The notes below the pieces were generated by a model. The model was not told where the DNA came from. It saw nothing but the letters and a program-made list of their open reading frames with translations, and did not search any database. Positions 8,650 to 16,144 of a DNA stretch of 64,000 nucleotides are shown one piece after another (the first letter of the stretch is position 1; each line of letters begins with the position of its first letter). Made by a program: the position numbers and the translations under genes. The DNA is from a virus (lineage: Duplodnaviria; Caudoviricetes): the IMG/VR virus record IMGVR_UViG_3300022602_000025; one strand, 5' to 3'.

Positions 8650-8982
8650 AATAGTTGCCAGCTGTTGCGTTTCTGCCACATGCTTACAAGTGCCTCGGAA
8701 CTTGAATCCCGGGCATGTGCAGGTCTGAGCTGCTGTATCCACCTCGTAGACTTCGCCCTTAGAACCGGTCACCGTCTTTGTGCTCGCTGCAGCGACTGGG
8801 GCGAACTCTTTGACCTTAACAAATGTTCTCCTACGCAGATCGAACCTCAATGGCTTGGCAAAGACCTTGTGTTCGTTAGATCCAGCCATCACATAGGCAT
8901 GACAGTTGTCACCTTCCATCAAGTAGAGATGGTTGGGTGTGGCTTCATCCCACACCGTAGTTTCACGCATCCACTTCATCAC
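8644..8982 (-). CDS. SWIM zinc-finger protein
   Basis: YEV...CTCPGFKFRGTCKH. Confidence 0.8.
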   Translation of the reverse strand: MMKWMRETTVWDEATPNHLYLMEGDNCHAYVMAGSNEHKVFAKPLRFDLRRRTFVKVKEFAPVAAASTKTVTGSKGEVYEVDTAAQTCTCPGFKFRGTCKHVAETQQLATIG

Positions 8983-9242
8983 ATGCTCCAGTAGGCTTCT
9001 GAACTAGGCGAACAATAGCGAGGAGTATCATAGCGTTCCTGATACTCTGCTCCGCCCATCAAGTTGGTGCGGGTCACATAGGTCTCGTAGATCTCAAAGC
9101 GGTAACCTTTGCTGGCAGGATACTTCTTAGCATAGACCTCTGCGATAGCTGCGCGGTCTGCTGTGGAATGATCTACCTTGCGATCCAATCGTTCTCCCGT
9201 CTTCTTGCGGGCATCCTTTTTGTAAAGTTCTACTGTATACAT
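8979..9242 (-). CDS. conserved phage hypothetical protein
   Basis: start moved to MYTVEL; ERYDTPRYCSPSSEAYWSM C-terminus. Confidence 0.7.
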   Translation of the reverse strand: MYTVELYKKDARKKTGERLDRKVDHSTADRAAIAEVYAKKYPASKGYRFEIYETYVTRTNLMGGAEYQERYDTPRYCSPSSEAYWSM

Positions 9243-9299
9243 CTTGCTCTCCTTAGTGTCTAGTGTATAGTATAACACAGGTTTTACCAAAGGTCAACC

Positions 9300-9333
9300 A
9301 AAAAAACGGGGTGTTGCATATAAACAACACCCC
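9300..9333 (-). terminator. intrinsic terminator
   Basis: 9-bp stem GGGGTGTTG/CAACACCCC then a run of 7 T on the minus strand. Confidence 0.8.
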
Positions 9334-9437
9334 ACAAAGGCCAACGTTGCGTTGACCGGAGCAATTAATCAAACCAACCCTCCCTGGGATGCTACAAGGT
9401 AGCTTATCATCGTTTGACCCAGGGTGGGCGGTATCCT

Positions 9438-9758
9438 TTAGTCCAGTCTACTACCAGCATAGGCCTTCAAGCCCAACTTGGTTAGGTACTCTGCGTAGGC
9501 ATAGGCGCCTGCTTCTTTGACTGAAATGCTCTGTGTAGGGATGCCTGCTGGGTCCCACATGCTAAGGCATTTGGGTTTGTAGTCCTTGCGGAAGCCTGCG
9601 GCCAATAACTCCTTAGCCTGCTTTGAATTGGTGCGATCCACATAGACCTCAACCCAACCAAAACCACATGCATCACGCTCGCCGACTTTCGCGTACATTG
9701 CCTGGCCAGCTTGCTCGGCAAAAACCTTACCTGCTTTGATGAATTCTGCTGTAACCAT
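9438..9758 (-). CDS. conserved phage hypothetical protein
   Basis: start MVTAEF; DACGFGWV...QSISVKEAGAYAYA...GSRLD. Confidence 0.7.
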   Translation of the reverse strand: MVTAEFIKAGKVFAEQAGQAMYAKVGERDACGFGWVEVYVDRTNSKQAKELLAAGFRKDYKPKCLSMWDPAGIPTQSISVKEAGAYAYAEYLTKLGLKAYAGSRLD

Positions 9759-9801
9759 TTTCAACTCCTTTAGTGTATAAGTGTATAGTATAGCACAGGT
9801 T

Positions 9802-10494
9802 TTACCGCTTGTCAACCACTGAATGAATACGGATTACGAATCCAGTGGTGTCCTTCTTAGCACGGCCCTTGGCCTTCAAGCCAATGATGCCCACTTTGGG
9901 ATCTAAGAAGCGTAGGTCCGTCTCGTCCGCTGAGAACACTCCCTCTGGGATCTCATCGTAGACCACTGCCACGTTCATGCCCTGAGCAACAGCCTTAGGC
10001 ACGTCTGCTGCGTTACCATCAGCGCGGCTGAACGTGAGATGATAGTTCTTTAAGTGGGCGACCTTGCGTCCTAGTACTTTAGTATAGTCATAGAACTGTA
10101 CTTCAGGAAACTTTTGGATGATACCGTACTTTTCCCACGCAAGATCACTCGTACCATTCAGACGAAACACTGGCTTCAATCCCTGCTTTTCAGCGAACTT
10201 GATGCCCTTGCGGATGTCAGCCTCTAGATCACGTAAGAACCCCTCGCGATCATTAAAGAAGTATTCAGTCTTACGTATACGAGCCTTTTGGATAGCATTC
10301 GTATTCTCACCCTTCTTAAACATGCCTCCACGTCCGGCGGTATTGAGGCAAGCGGCAGTGCAGCCAGCTGTACGTTTGGGGCATACTTCTCGACCGCTTA
10401 GATCAGCGGGCGCCAAATGCAGGATGAATGACAAGTAACCTAGCTTAGTACCCTTTTGGATCTTAGGGTTCGCAGTGCTTAATAGTTTGAACAT
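9802..10494 (-). CDS. GP88-like (gene product 88) protein
   Basis: HLAPA, VCP..TAGCTAACLNTAGRG, RLNGTSD, QFYDYTK, NYHLTFS, DETDLRFLDP. Confidence 0.75.
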   Translation of the reverse strand: MFKLLSTANPKIQKGTKLGYLSFILHLAPADLSGREVCPKRTAGCTAACLNTAGRGGMFKKGENTNAIQKARIRKTEYFFNDREGFLRDLEADIRKGIKFAEKQGLKPVFRLNGTSDLAWEKYGIIQKFPEVQFYDYTKVLGRKVAHLKNYHLTFSRADGNAADVPKAVAQGMNVAVVYDEIPEGVFSADETDLRFLDPKVGIIGLKAKGRAKKDTTGFVIRIHSVVDKR

Positions 10495-10554
10495 CGTTGC
10501 TCCTTTTTAGTGTATGTGTACATTGTAGCATAGGTTTTACCACTTGTCAACCCC

Positions 10555-10728
10555 TTATGCTGTACAAATGCCTCTCTCGATAAGATCACGTGCTGTACGG
10601 CCGAACCATCCCTGGAGGCTCCAAGCCATGCCAGTGTCAATCAAGTGCTGCCAAGCAGCTATGATCTGATCTTCTGATTCAGCTTCAACGAAGCCCTCTG
10701 CTATGCCTACTGCTGTATATGAGTCCAT
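10555..10728 (-). CDS. conserved phage hypothetical protein (57 aa)
   Basis: not in track; AWQHLIDTGMAWSLQGWFGRTA; SD and promoter upstream. Confidence 0.7.
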   Translation of the reverse strand: MDSYTAVGIAEGFVEAESEDQIIAAWQHLIDTGMAWSLQGWFGRTARDLIERGICTA

Positions 10729-10798
10729 TGTCGCTCCTTTCAGTTAACTAGCCATAACTATAGCACAGGTTTTACCAGTTGTCAACCGAAAACATCCT

Positions 10799-10849
10799 TG
10801 CGCAAAATATTGCGCAAAACCCTGTAAAATGCGCAAAATATTGCGCAAA
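10799..10849. repeat. two 20-bp direct repeats TGCGCAAAATATTGCGCAAA (four TGCGCA palindromes)
   Basis: 10799-10818 and 10830-10849 are identical. Confidence 0.9.
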
Positions 10850-10889
10850 TAACAGGATAAAAAATGGGCACCCAAAGAGTGCCCTAGGG

Positions 10890-11093
10890 TTATCTCAAAC
10901 GGACCCAGCCGCAGAAGTTCTCGTAGTCGTATACAACATTGTCGCTATAGACTATGAGCCCGCCTATGTCCTCGCCGTCTGCTACATGAAACTCCCGTTC
11001 AAAACGCTCTGTAAGCGTCTCAATTGGGTCCTCAATGCCCTCGTAAGCATAGCGAACGCTGGGATGTGTATCGTTAATCCAATCTATATTCAT
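10890..11093 (-). CDS. hypothetical acidic protein
   Basis: 67 aa; SD GGAGC; promoter upstream. Confidence 0.65.
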   Translation of the reverse strand: MNIDWINDTHPSVRYAYEGIEDPIETLTERFEREFHVADGEDIGGLIVYSDNVVYDYENFCGWVRLR

Positions 11094-11281
11094 ATAAGCT
11101 CCCTGTAGTGTTTAAAGAACGCAGTAATAACTTCTTACTGTATGTGTACATTGTAGCATAGGTTTTACCAGTTGTCAACCACTTCATGAAAATGACCCTA
11201 TGCAGCAGTCGGGTATTAAAAAAGCAGTTGACATTTTGGACAAGTGACAGTATACTACACATACACTAAAGGAGCGACACT

Positions 11282-11479
11282 ATGCTAACAACTAAACAAT
11301 TTAAACAGCTGCAAGCCCGCATCCTAGCAGATGCAAAACAATTAACTAATGTAGCTAACGACAATGACAACGAGCAGCGTATGCTTGCTATTATAATGGA
11401 CGTGTGCGAGCTAGCGCAAAGTTTCGATTATAATGTACGGGACATGCTAGAGACAGCCGAAGACATCGGAATGTACTAG
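11282..11479 (+). CDS. hypothetical protein (divergent early gene)
   Basis: 65 aa; promoter 11228-11256, SD AAGGAGC, terminator after. Confidence 0.7.
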   Translation: MLTTKQFKQLQARILADAKQLTNVANDNDNEQRMLAIIMDVCELAQSFDYNVRDMLETAEDIGMY

Positions 11480-11484
11480 CACTG

Positions 11485-11543
11485 GGGGTGGGTCCCCTGA
11501 CTCTGCCAGCTCAGGTCAGGGACCGCTCGCCACTCCTCTTTTT
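11485..11543 (+). terminator. long hairpin/terminator after the divergent gene
   Basis: GGTCCC(C)TGAC/GTCAGGGACC stem, outer GGGGTG/CACTCC, then TCTTTTT. Confidence 0.55.
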
Positions 11544-11580
11544 CTGAGAGTATGGAACCGCTGACGACGGTAGGCAATTC

Positions 11581-11696
11581 ACAGTGATTACGCAATGATA
11601 TCTCACGATATGGCTAGGACTAGGTCCCGGGCTTAGGTTGACAGAGCTAGATCCTGACGTCAGTTCTCACCTAGAATCCTCAACTTCGATCACTGT
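11581..11696 (-). ncRNA. candidate structured non-coding RNA (unknown class)
   Basis: closing stem ACAGTGAT/ATCACTGT, inner GTTGA/TCAAC, palindrome CTGACGTCAG, ATATC-GTGA-GATAT GNRA hairpin on the minus strand; 10 nt downstream of the tRNA. Confidence 0.35.
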
Positions 11697-11706
11697 TACG
11701 GCTAAC

Positions 11707-11785
11707 TGGTGGGCCTCCCGTGAGTCGAACACGGCACCCAACGATTATGAGTCGTTTGCTCTAACCAGACATGAGCTAGAGGCCC
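11707..11785 (-). tRNA. tRNA with CAU anticodon, Ile2-type (lysidine) more likely than Met
   Basis: GGGCCTC acceptor stem, GCTC/GAGC D stem, AACGA-CTCATAA-TCGTT anticodon arm, CCGTG-TTCGACT-CACGG T arm, encoded ACCA; resembles proteobacterial ileX. Confidence 0.93.
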
Positions 11786-11804
11786 TATACTATATATTAT
11801 ACAC

Positions 11805-12680
11805 TCATTTCTTCACAGCGTACATGAAGTTTTGGGGAATTTGCCCGCCGGCTTGGAAAGGTGCGTGTGAGCTCATGCCCGCTGACTGACCCCTCATTTT
11901 AAGCGTTTGCTGTGCAGGATTCACCCTTTGTGGATCAGTCGTAGGTAGATCCGCGGGCACCCAAGTCCATTGACTGTGCTGTACGGGCGTTAGATCCCAT
12001 CCGCTCCTACGTATCCAGTAGAGATCAGGTCCTTCTATCCCCATTTGATCAATGATGTTAGCGTATACAGAGTCCACACATACTACAGCGGCAGCTGCTT
12101 CGATGGCACTGATCCAGTCCCAGATATTGTCAGTACGTGCTCGGATCTCTATGATCTCTGCAGCGGGGTATTGCTCACTTAGCCACCCTAGATCTATATC
12201 GGCCCTGTGTGTGCTGCCCTCTAGGTGTACTAGCACATATTCTCCCTTGACTCCCAGCGATTCAGTCAGCTGACTCTCACGAGCAGGATCACGTGTGATG
12301 CACTCTGACAACCGCCACTTACGACCAAAGGGCACTCCCGCGATCGCATACTTGTACTGATCAAACTTTAACAAACTGAAGAACTCTGGATCAGTTAGAT
12401 CTGGACGGGTGTTTAAGTACTGATATAAGTATAGGTTCTCGTTGGGATCACAGCCCGCTTTCATCAACTCCTGCAGCGGGGTCTCTAGGAAGAACTTACC
12501 AGCAGCGTCCGTCTCTATAGGAATCCAAGAGACCCACGGTGCAGAGTCTTTAAACGACTCATAGAACTCTACACATATGGGCCACACGATCTCATCACCT
12601 TGATCCGCATAATACTTCGCGATTGGTAATGCTATTACTATATCCCCTAGACCTCTCGACTGTATAATACCTCTCTTCAT
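11805..12680 (-). CDS. GT9-like (heptosyltransferase-family) glycosyltransferase
   Basis: QSRGLGDIVIALP, VLVHLEGS, W..AIEAAAAVVCVDS..AN. Confidence 0.75.
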   Translation of the reverse strand: MKRGIIQSRGLGDIVIALPIAKYYADQGDEIVWPICVEFYESFKDSAPWVSWIPIETDAAGKFFLETPLQELMKAGCDPNENLYLYQYLNTRPDLTDPEFFSLLKFDQYKYAIAGVPFGRKWRLSECITRDPARESQLTESLGVKGEYVLVHLEGSTHRADIDLGWLSEQYPAAEIIEIRARTDNIWDWISAIEAAAAVVCVDSVYANIIDQMGIEGPDLYWIRRSGWDLTPVQHSQWTWVPADLPTTDPQRVNPAQQTLKMRGQSAGMSSHAPFQAGGQIPQNFMYAVKK

Positions 12681-12826
12681 TCATATATCCTTGTATAATT
12701 GAGCACATTACCTGCGCCATACTGTGCTTCACCTAGCTGTTTAGCATGATAGTCTGAATCAGCGAATACTACTGTGTTAGCAGTCTGCAGCTGATTGATA
12801 CGCACCCACAATTGATATTTGTACAT
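12677..12826 (-). CDS. small conserved phage protein (49 aa)
   Basis: not in track; MYKYQLWVRINQLQTANTVVFADSDYHAKQLGEAQYGAGNVLNYTRIYE; ATGA overlap with the GT9 gene. Confidence 0.65.
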   Translation of the reverse strand: MYKYQLWVRINQLQTANTVVFADSDYHAKQLGEAQYGAGNVLNYTRIYE

Positions 12827-12966
12827 ACTAGTGAACCTTTCTTAGTTATAGTGCAGCGGGGTCTTGTATATAGTATACTGATCCTACTGTGTATACGCAA
12901 TATTATACTGGAATTACCGTAGAAAGTCAACGGAAATGTTGTGGAGATCGGTGAACCACTGTAGGA

Positions 12967-13041
12967 AATCTGGTCCAGAATGAGTCAAATCTGGCTCAGA
13001 ATAGGCTCAAATTGGCGCCGTTTTGGTTCAGAATCTGGTAA
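12967..13041. repeat. seven imperfect 10-11 bp tandem units (consensus close to RAATCTGGYTCA) next to an AT-rich tract
   Basis: aatctggtcca gaatgagtca aatctggctca gaataggctca aattggcgccg ttttggttca gaatctggtaa. Confidence 0.6.
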
Positions 13042-13336
13042 AAATACTAGGAATTTAAGGTAAAAAAATTTTTGGAGAGTGTGGTCGTGACAGACTATGC
13101 TAAATGGTTCCAACCATTTTTCCCATTCTTTCCCCCGGGCGCCGCCAGCCCTGACTCACCCTATCAACTATCTTCTATTAGTGAGAGAGTATCGTAGATA
13201 CGATCCTTTGCAGCGGGGTCTTGCACACTAGACTATCGAGACTGTATAATAGTCACACACATATACATATACATCAAGTTAGAGTCACTGTGCGTAGCGA
13301 AATTAAAGCACGTATACACAGAGATAATTACTGTAT

Positions 13337-13537
13337 ATGTTATATCACTGTTATCGTAGTTACTTGCCATTACAAGAAGGCGATGCTCTATCACTAGCTG
13401 TACAGCGAGCGGGTGGTTGGATGCACATACGCAGTCTAGACTGTGTGGATTATCTAGTGCCCGAGACTCGTTCTTCACTAGTATATTTGTATGACTCTAG
13501 GGCGGAAAGAATACCTAAATTAGACTACATACAGTAA
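13337..13537 (+). CDS. hypothetical protein
   Basis: 66 aa; promoter-like TTGCAC-N18-TATAAT at 13221-13250. Confidence 0.55.
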   Translation: MLYHCYRSYLPLQEGDALSLAVQRAGGWMHIRSLDCVDYLVPETRSSLVYLYDSRAERIPKLDYIQ

Positions 13538-13545
13538 ATATCTGT

Positions 13546-13803
13546 ATGCGTTACTTGGTTGATCATCCTGTACAACCTTACTTTCCACATATAGCACTAG
13601 CTCCGTGGCCCATATCATATCGTGAACAACAAAGCGATTGGATTGAAACTATAGGCGTATTAGAAGAGTGGTTGAAGTCACATGTAGGCAGTCACTATAC
13701 CGCTTGGATCTACGCTACAACTAGTGAGCAGGAATCGTGGCAGGCCTGCATAGCTTTCAGTCAAGCCAAATACAAATCCTTATTCTTATTACGTTGGGCT
13801 TAA
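13546..13803 (+). CDS. hypothetical protein
   Basis: 85 aa, Trp-rich; TAAATA-N5-ATG. Confidence 0.65.
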   Translation: MRYLVDHPVQPYFPHIALAPWPISYREQQSDWIETIGVLEEWLKSHVGSHYTAWIYATTSEQESWQACIAFSQAKYKSLFLLRWA

Positions 13804-14015
13804 CTTTGTTTGTATATCAAATATACTAGAGCTAGTTCTGCTGCGCCTAGTATCAATAAGCTAATCCACATTACGATTCTCACGCGAGTTTCTGAGTTCA
13901 TACTAGTATATAGCTCTTTTGCCTGCTGAGGGCAAAATTTTGCGCTCTGCGCTGCCACTTCGTGGGAAATCTTTGTTGGACTCTCGGCTCTGAGGTTTTA
14001 CCATTAAATAGGCAT

Positions 14016-14192
14016 ATGACTCGTTCAATCAAGTGTTATGCTTATTATCCCGTGCGGTTGACATCGGGGGCTTGTGTATGTGATTGTGTTTATTGGATCG
14101 TGGGACTGGATCAGCATTGGGTCGCTACTCATCATACACAGCTACTATCAGAACGGGAATATGTTCTGCACCTGCTGACTGTTACTGTATAA
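14016..14192 (+). CDS. hypothetical protein (58 aa)
   Basis: start moved to the ATG 5 nt after TAAATA. Confidence 0.5.
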   Translation: MTRSIKCYAYYPVRLTSGACVCDCVYWIVGLDQHWVATHHTQLLSEREYVLHLLTVTV

Positions 14193-14445
14193 GTGGACGG
14201 TCGGGGTCGTCTGAACCAATAGCTGGGCGTGGGGGAGTTGGTGCAGGTGCTACTTCAAAGGCTGCGATACGACTCTTATACGCTTCTATGTTCTTAGTCA
14301 CGCGAGCTAGGGCACGTTCTATGTCTGCGATGCGTCTAGGATTGGGTACAACTTCGCCCTGTTGTTCTTTTAAGTAGCGAGTCAACTTCATCTGCTCAAA
14401 CTCTAGCATCTTGATATGACCACGGATTTTGTTTAAGTTATACAT
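14182..14445 (-). CDS. hypothetical coiled-coil protein
   Basis: 87 aa; TAAATA-N5-ATG. Confidence 0.65.
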   Translation of the reverse strand: MYNLNKIRGHIKMLEFEQMKLTRYLKEQQGEVVPNPRRIADIERALARVTKNIEAYKSRIAAFEVAPAPTPPRPAIGSDDPDRPLIQ

Positions 14446-14534
14446 ATGACTATTTAGGTCGAGTCAGCAGTTAGGTCTGTGGTTCTGGTTCTTAGATAAT
14501 TAAGTGTACAGATATTTTACATTAAAGGAATCCA

Positions 14535-14729
14535 ATGTTAAAACCAACAGCAAACTTCAAGATGCCCAAAGAATACAAACGCTGGGCCGCTACTTACGTA
14601 GATAAAGCTGCTCGCCGCAGTTTCCTAAACGATATGGTACAGGCCGTGCTACAAAGCCAAATCGCTCCACCACGCAAAGAAAAGCGAGCATCTGCACCTA
14701 ACCCTACAGCTACAACTTCAGAAGAGTAA
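14535..14729 (+). CDS. small basic hypothetical protein
   Basis: 64 aa; SD AAGGA. Confidence 0.6.
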   Translation: MLKPTANFKMPKEYKRWAATYVDKAARRSFLNDMVQAVLQSQIAPPRKEKRASAPNPTATTSEE

Positions 14730-15256
14730 TGAGTCTACACTGGGCTGGCACTATCAAACACCGTGATGTCGTATGGGCTGAGCAATTAGCACAGCTAGGT
14801 CAGGGCCAGCAGGGCACGATTGATCCTGAGCAATCTGAACAGTGGACTGAATGGGGGCATGACCCTAGTACAGTTGAATGGCTAGAGTGGGACTACGCAG
14901 CCCTATACCCCCAGACCCTAGCCCTCATAGCTAAATGGACTAACCTTATACCCAGGTTCGCTACCCTAACTTGTTTGAAACCCGGGGGTATGGTACCCTT
15001 CCGCAGTCTACGGATAACCCGAGCACAAGAATGGACTAGGGTACCCGGACAGCTGATCAAACGCTATACCATATGGGTCAACCCTAAGACGCCTGGGCAA
15101 GTATGGATGCTGGATGCACTGGGTCAGCAGACCCTGAGCCAGATACCCGAGGGTGACTGTTGGCTATGGGAAGATTGGACCAAGCCCTGGGCCCAGATAA
15201 ATCTAAGCGATCAGGACTTTTGGCTACTAGACTTTGTGGGTACTACTAGACTATGA
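14729..15256 (+). CDS. degenerate 2OG-Fe(II)/cupin oxygenase paralog (Fe ligands absent)
   Basis: aligns by eye with 25275 and 40826 (LKPGGMVP, RYTIW, PGQV, W.W, IN) but HxD and the distal His are replaced. Confidence 0.55.
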   Translation: MSLHWAGTIKHRDVVWAEQLAQLGQGQQGTIDPEQSEQWTEWGHDPSTVEWLEWDYAALYPQTLALIAKWTNLIPRFATLTCLKPGGMVPFRSLRITRAQEWTRVPGQLIKRYTIWVNPKTPGQVWMLDALGQQTLSQIPEGDCWLWEDWTKPWAQINLSDQDFWLLDFVGTTRL

Positions 15257-15654
15257 TCAACTTTCACGGCAACTATAACTTTATTGATTGGAATTGGCTA
15301 ATTGATCAGTTAAAGGATCAGCAGGCTCAAGATAATCAGTATGAGCTAGGGGGTATACTAACCCCCGAGCAACAGCGGGCTTATGCTGACTATTGTGGCA
15401 TCAGTGACTACTCACGCTGTTGGGTTATTAGGATTGACCCAGGGCAGACATACACAGACTCAGGTGCTATGGGTAAGGGTCCTAGGGCTCATACACACAT
15501 GGCTCCTTGTGATCCCGGACACGTATGGTTCGCTGACGGGTTTAACTTTTACAACAAGTTCCAGGGCGATACGTTCAAATGGTCCAAAGCTGATTTGCCC
15601 CTACGTGCGGGCAACTGTGGGCGTATACCCATGTGGATTATGAATGTGGCCTAG
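15253..15654 (+). CDS. degenerate 2OG-Fe(II)/cupin oxygenase paralog
   Basis: IDW N-terminus, WVIRIDPGQ, PGHV, GDTFKW, AGNCG; no HxD...H. Confidence 0.5.
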   Translation: MINFHGNYNFIDWNWLIDQLKDQQAQDNQYELGGILTPEQQRAYADYCGISDYSRCWVIRIDPGQTYTDSGAMGKGPRAHTHMAPCDPGHVWFADGFNFYNKFQGDTFKWSKADLPLRAGNCGRIPMWIMNVA

Positions 15655-16087
15655 ACTGTAGCCACTTATCTAAAAGCCAACTGCTAGAATTAGCTTTTGT
15701 AGTACCCCCAACACCAAACTCAAATCTTAGCCTAGGATCCACTAGGGTCATTTCTGGCACATTGTCTGCACCACGATCGCCCCCGTTGGCAAATATGATC
15801 TGATCGTTAGGGTATAAGGCTAGCACGTTGCGTATGGCTTCTATGGCTGTGTCATCGTTGTCATTGAATAGGATAACTCCATCTACAGCTCTAAGGTTTT
15901 CTAAGATTATCACACGCTCCGGGATGGGCAAGAATGCGGCACCCTTTTTACGAGTTAACCACGCATCTGAATTGACACCTACTATTAGTCTATCACCCAG
16001 GGCCCTAGCAGAGTTTAGTAACGCAATATGGCCCGAATGTATAGGGTCAAAGCCGCCTGTTACTAGAACTGTAGTTGATGTGTGCAT
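15638..16087 (-). CDS. cytidylyltransferase-family nucleotidyltransferase (RfaE/TagD/RibL-like)
   Basis: TGGFDPIHSGH, LIVGVNSD, R..ILENL..VD, FANGGDR. Confidence 0.88.
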   Translation of the reverse strand: MHTSTTVLVTGGFDPIHSGHIALLNSARALGDRLIVGVNSDAWLTRKKGAAFLPIPERVIILENLRAVDGVILFNDNDDTAIEAIRNVLALYPNDQIIFANGGDRGADNVPEMTLVDPRLRFEFGVGGTTKANSSSWLLDKWLQSRPHS

Positions 16088-16144
16088 GTGCGTATTTAAA
16101 GTCAGAACTGGCCCTAGTAAAATTTGTGGCTGATATATACTAAT

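Larger units (their letters stand above)
1765..11256. promoter_or_regulatory. array of about 17 sigma70 early promoters TTGAC(A/C)-N17-TA(T/C)A(A/C/G)T with shared spacer motif and AC-rich leader
   Basis: Minus-strand copies span 1765-1793, 2416-2444, 2782-2810, 3402-3430, 3828-3856, 5422-5450, 6322-6350, 6763-6791, 7031-7059, 8397-8425, 8619-8647, 9269-9297, 9787-9815, 10522-10550, 10757-10785, 11150-11178; plus-strand copy 11228-11256. All have 17-nt spacers; most are followed by ACACATACACTA and an AGGAGC SD. Confidence 0.92.
12159..13223 (+). repeat. four copies of TGCAGCGGGGT(C/A)T motif
   Basis: 12159, 12472, 12852, 13209; the last two are identical over 15 bp (TGCAGCGGGGTCTTG). Confidence 0.8.

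Noticed and set aside
2416-11178. Recurrent repeat of about 30 bp as a CRISPR array
   Set aside because: Spacing is irregular (200-1500 bp), the intervals are genes, the repeat is a sigma70 promoter, and no cas gene is present
11555-11600. Hammerhead ribozyme at CTGACGA
   Set aside because: No matching GAAA core or three flanking stems could be built
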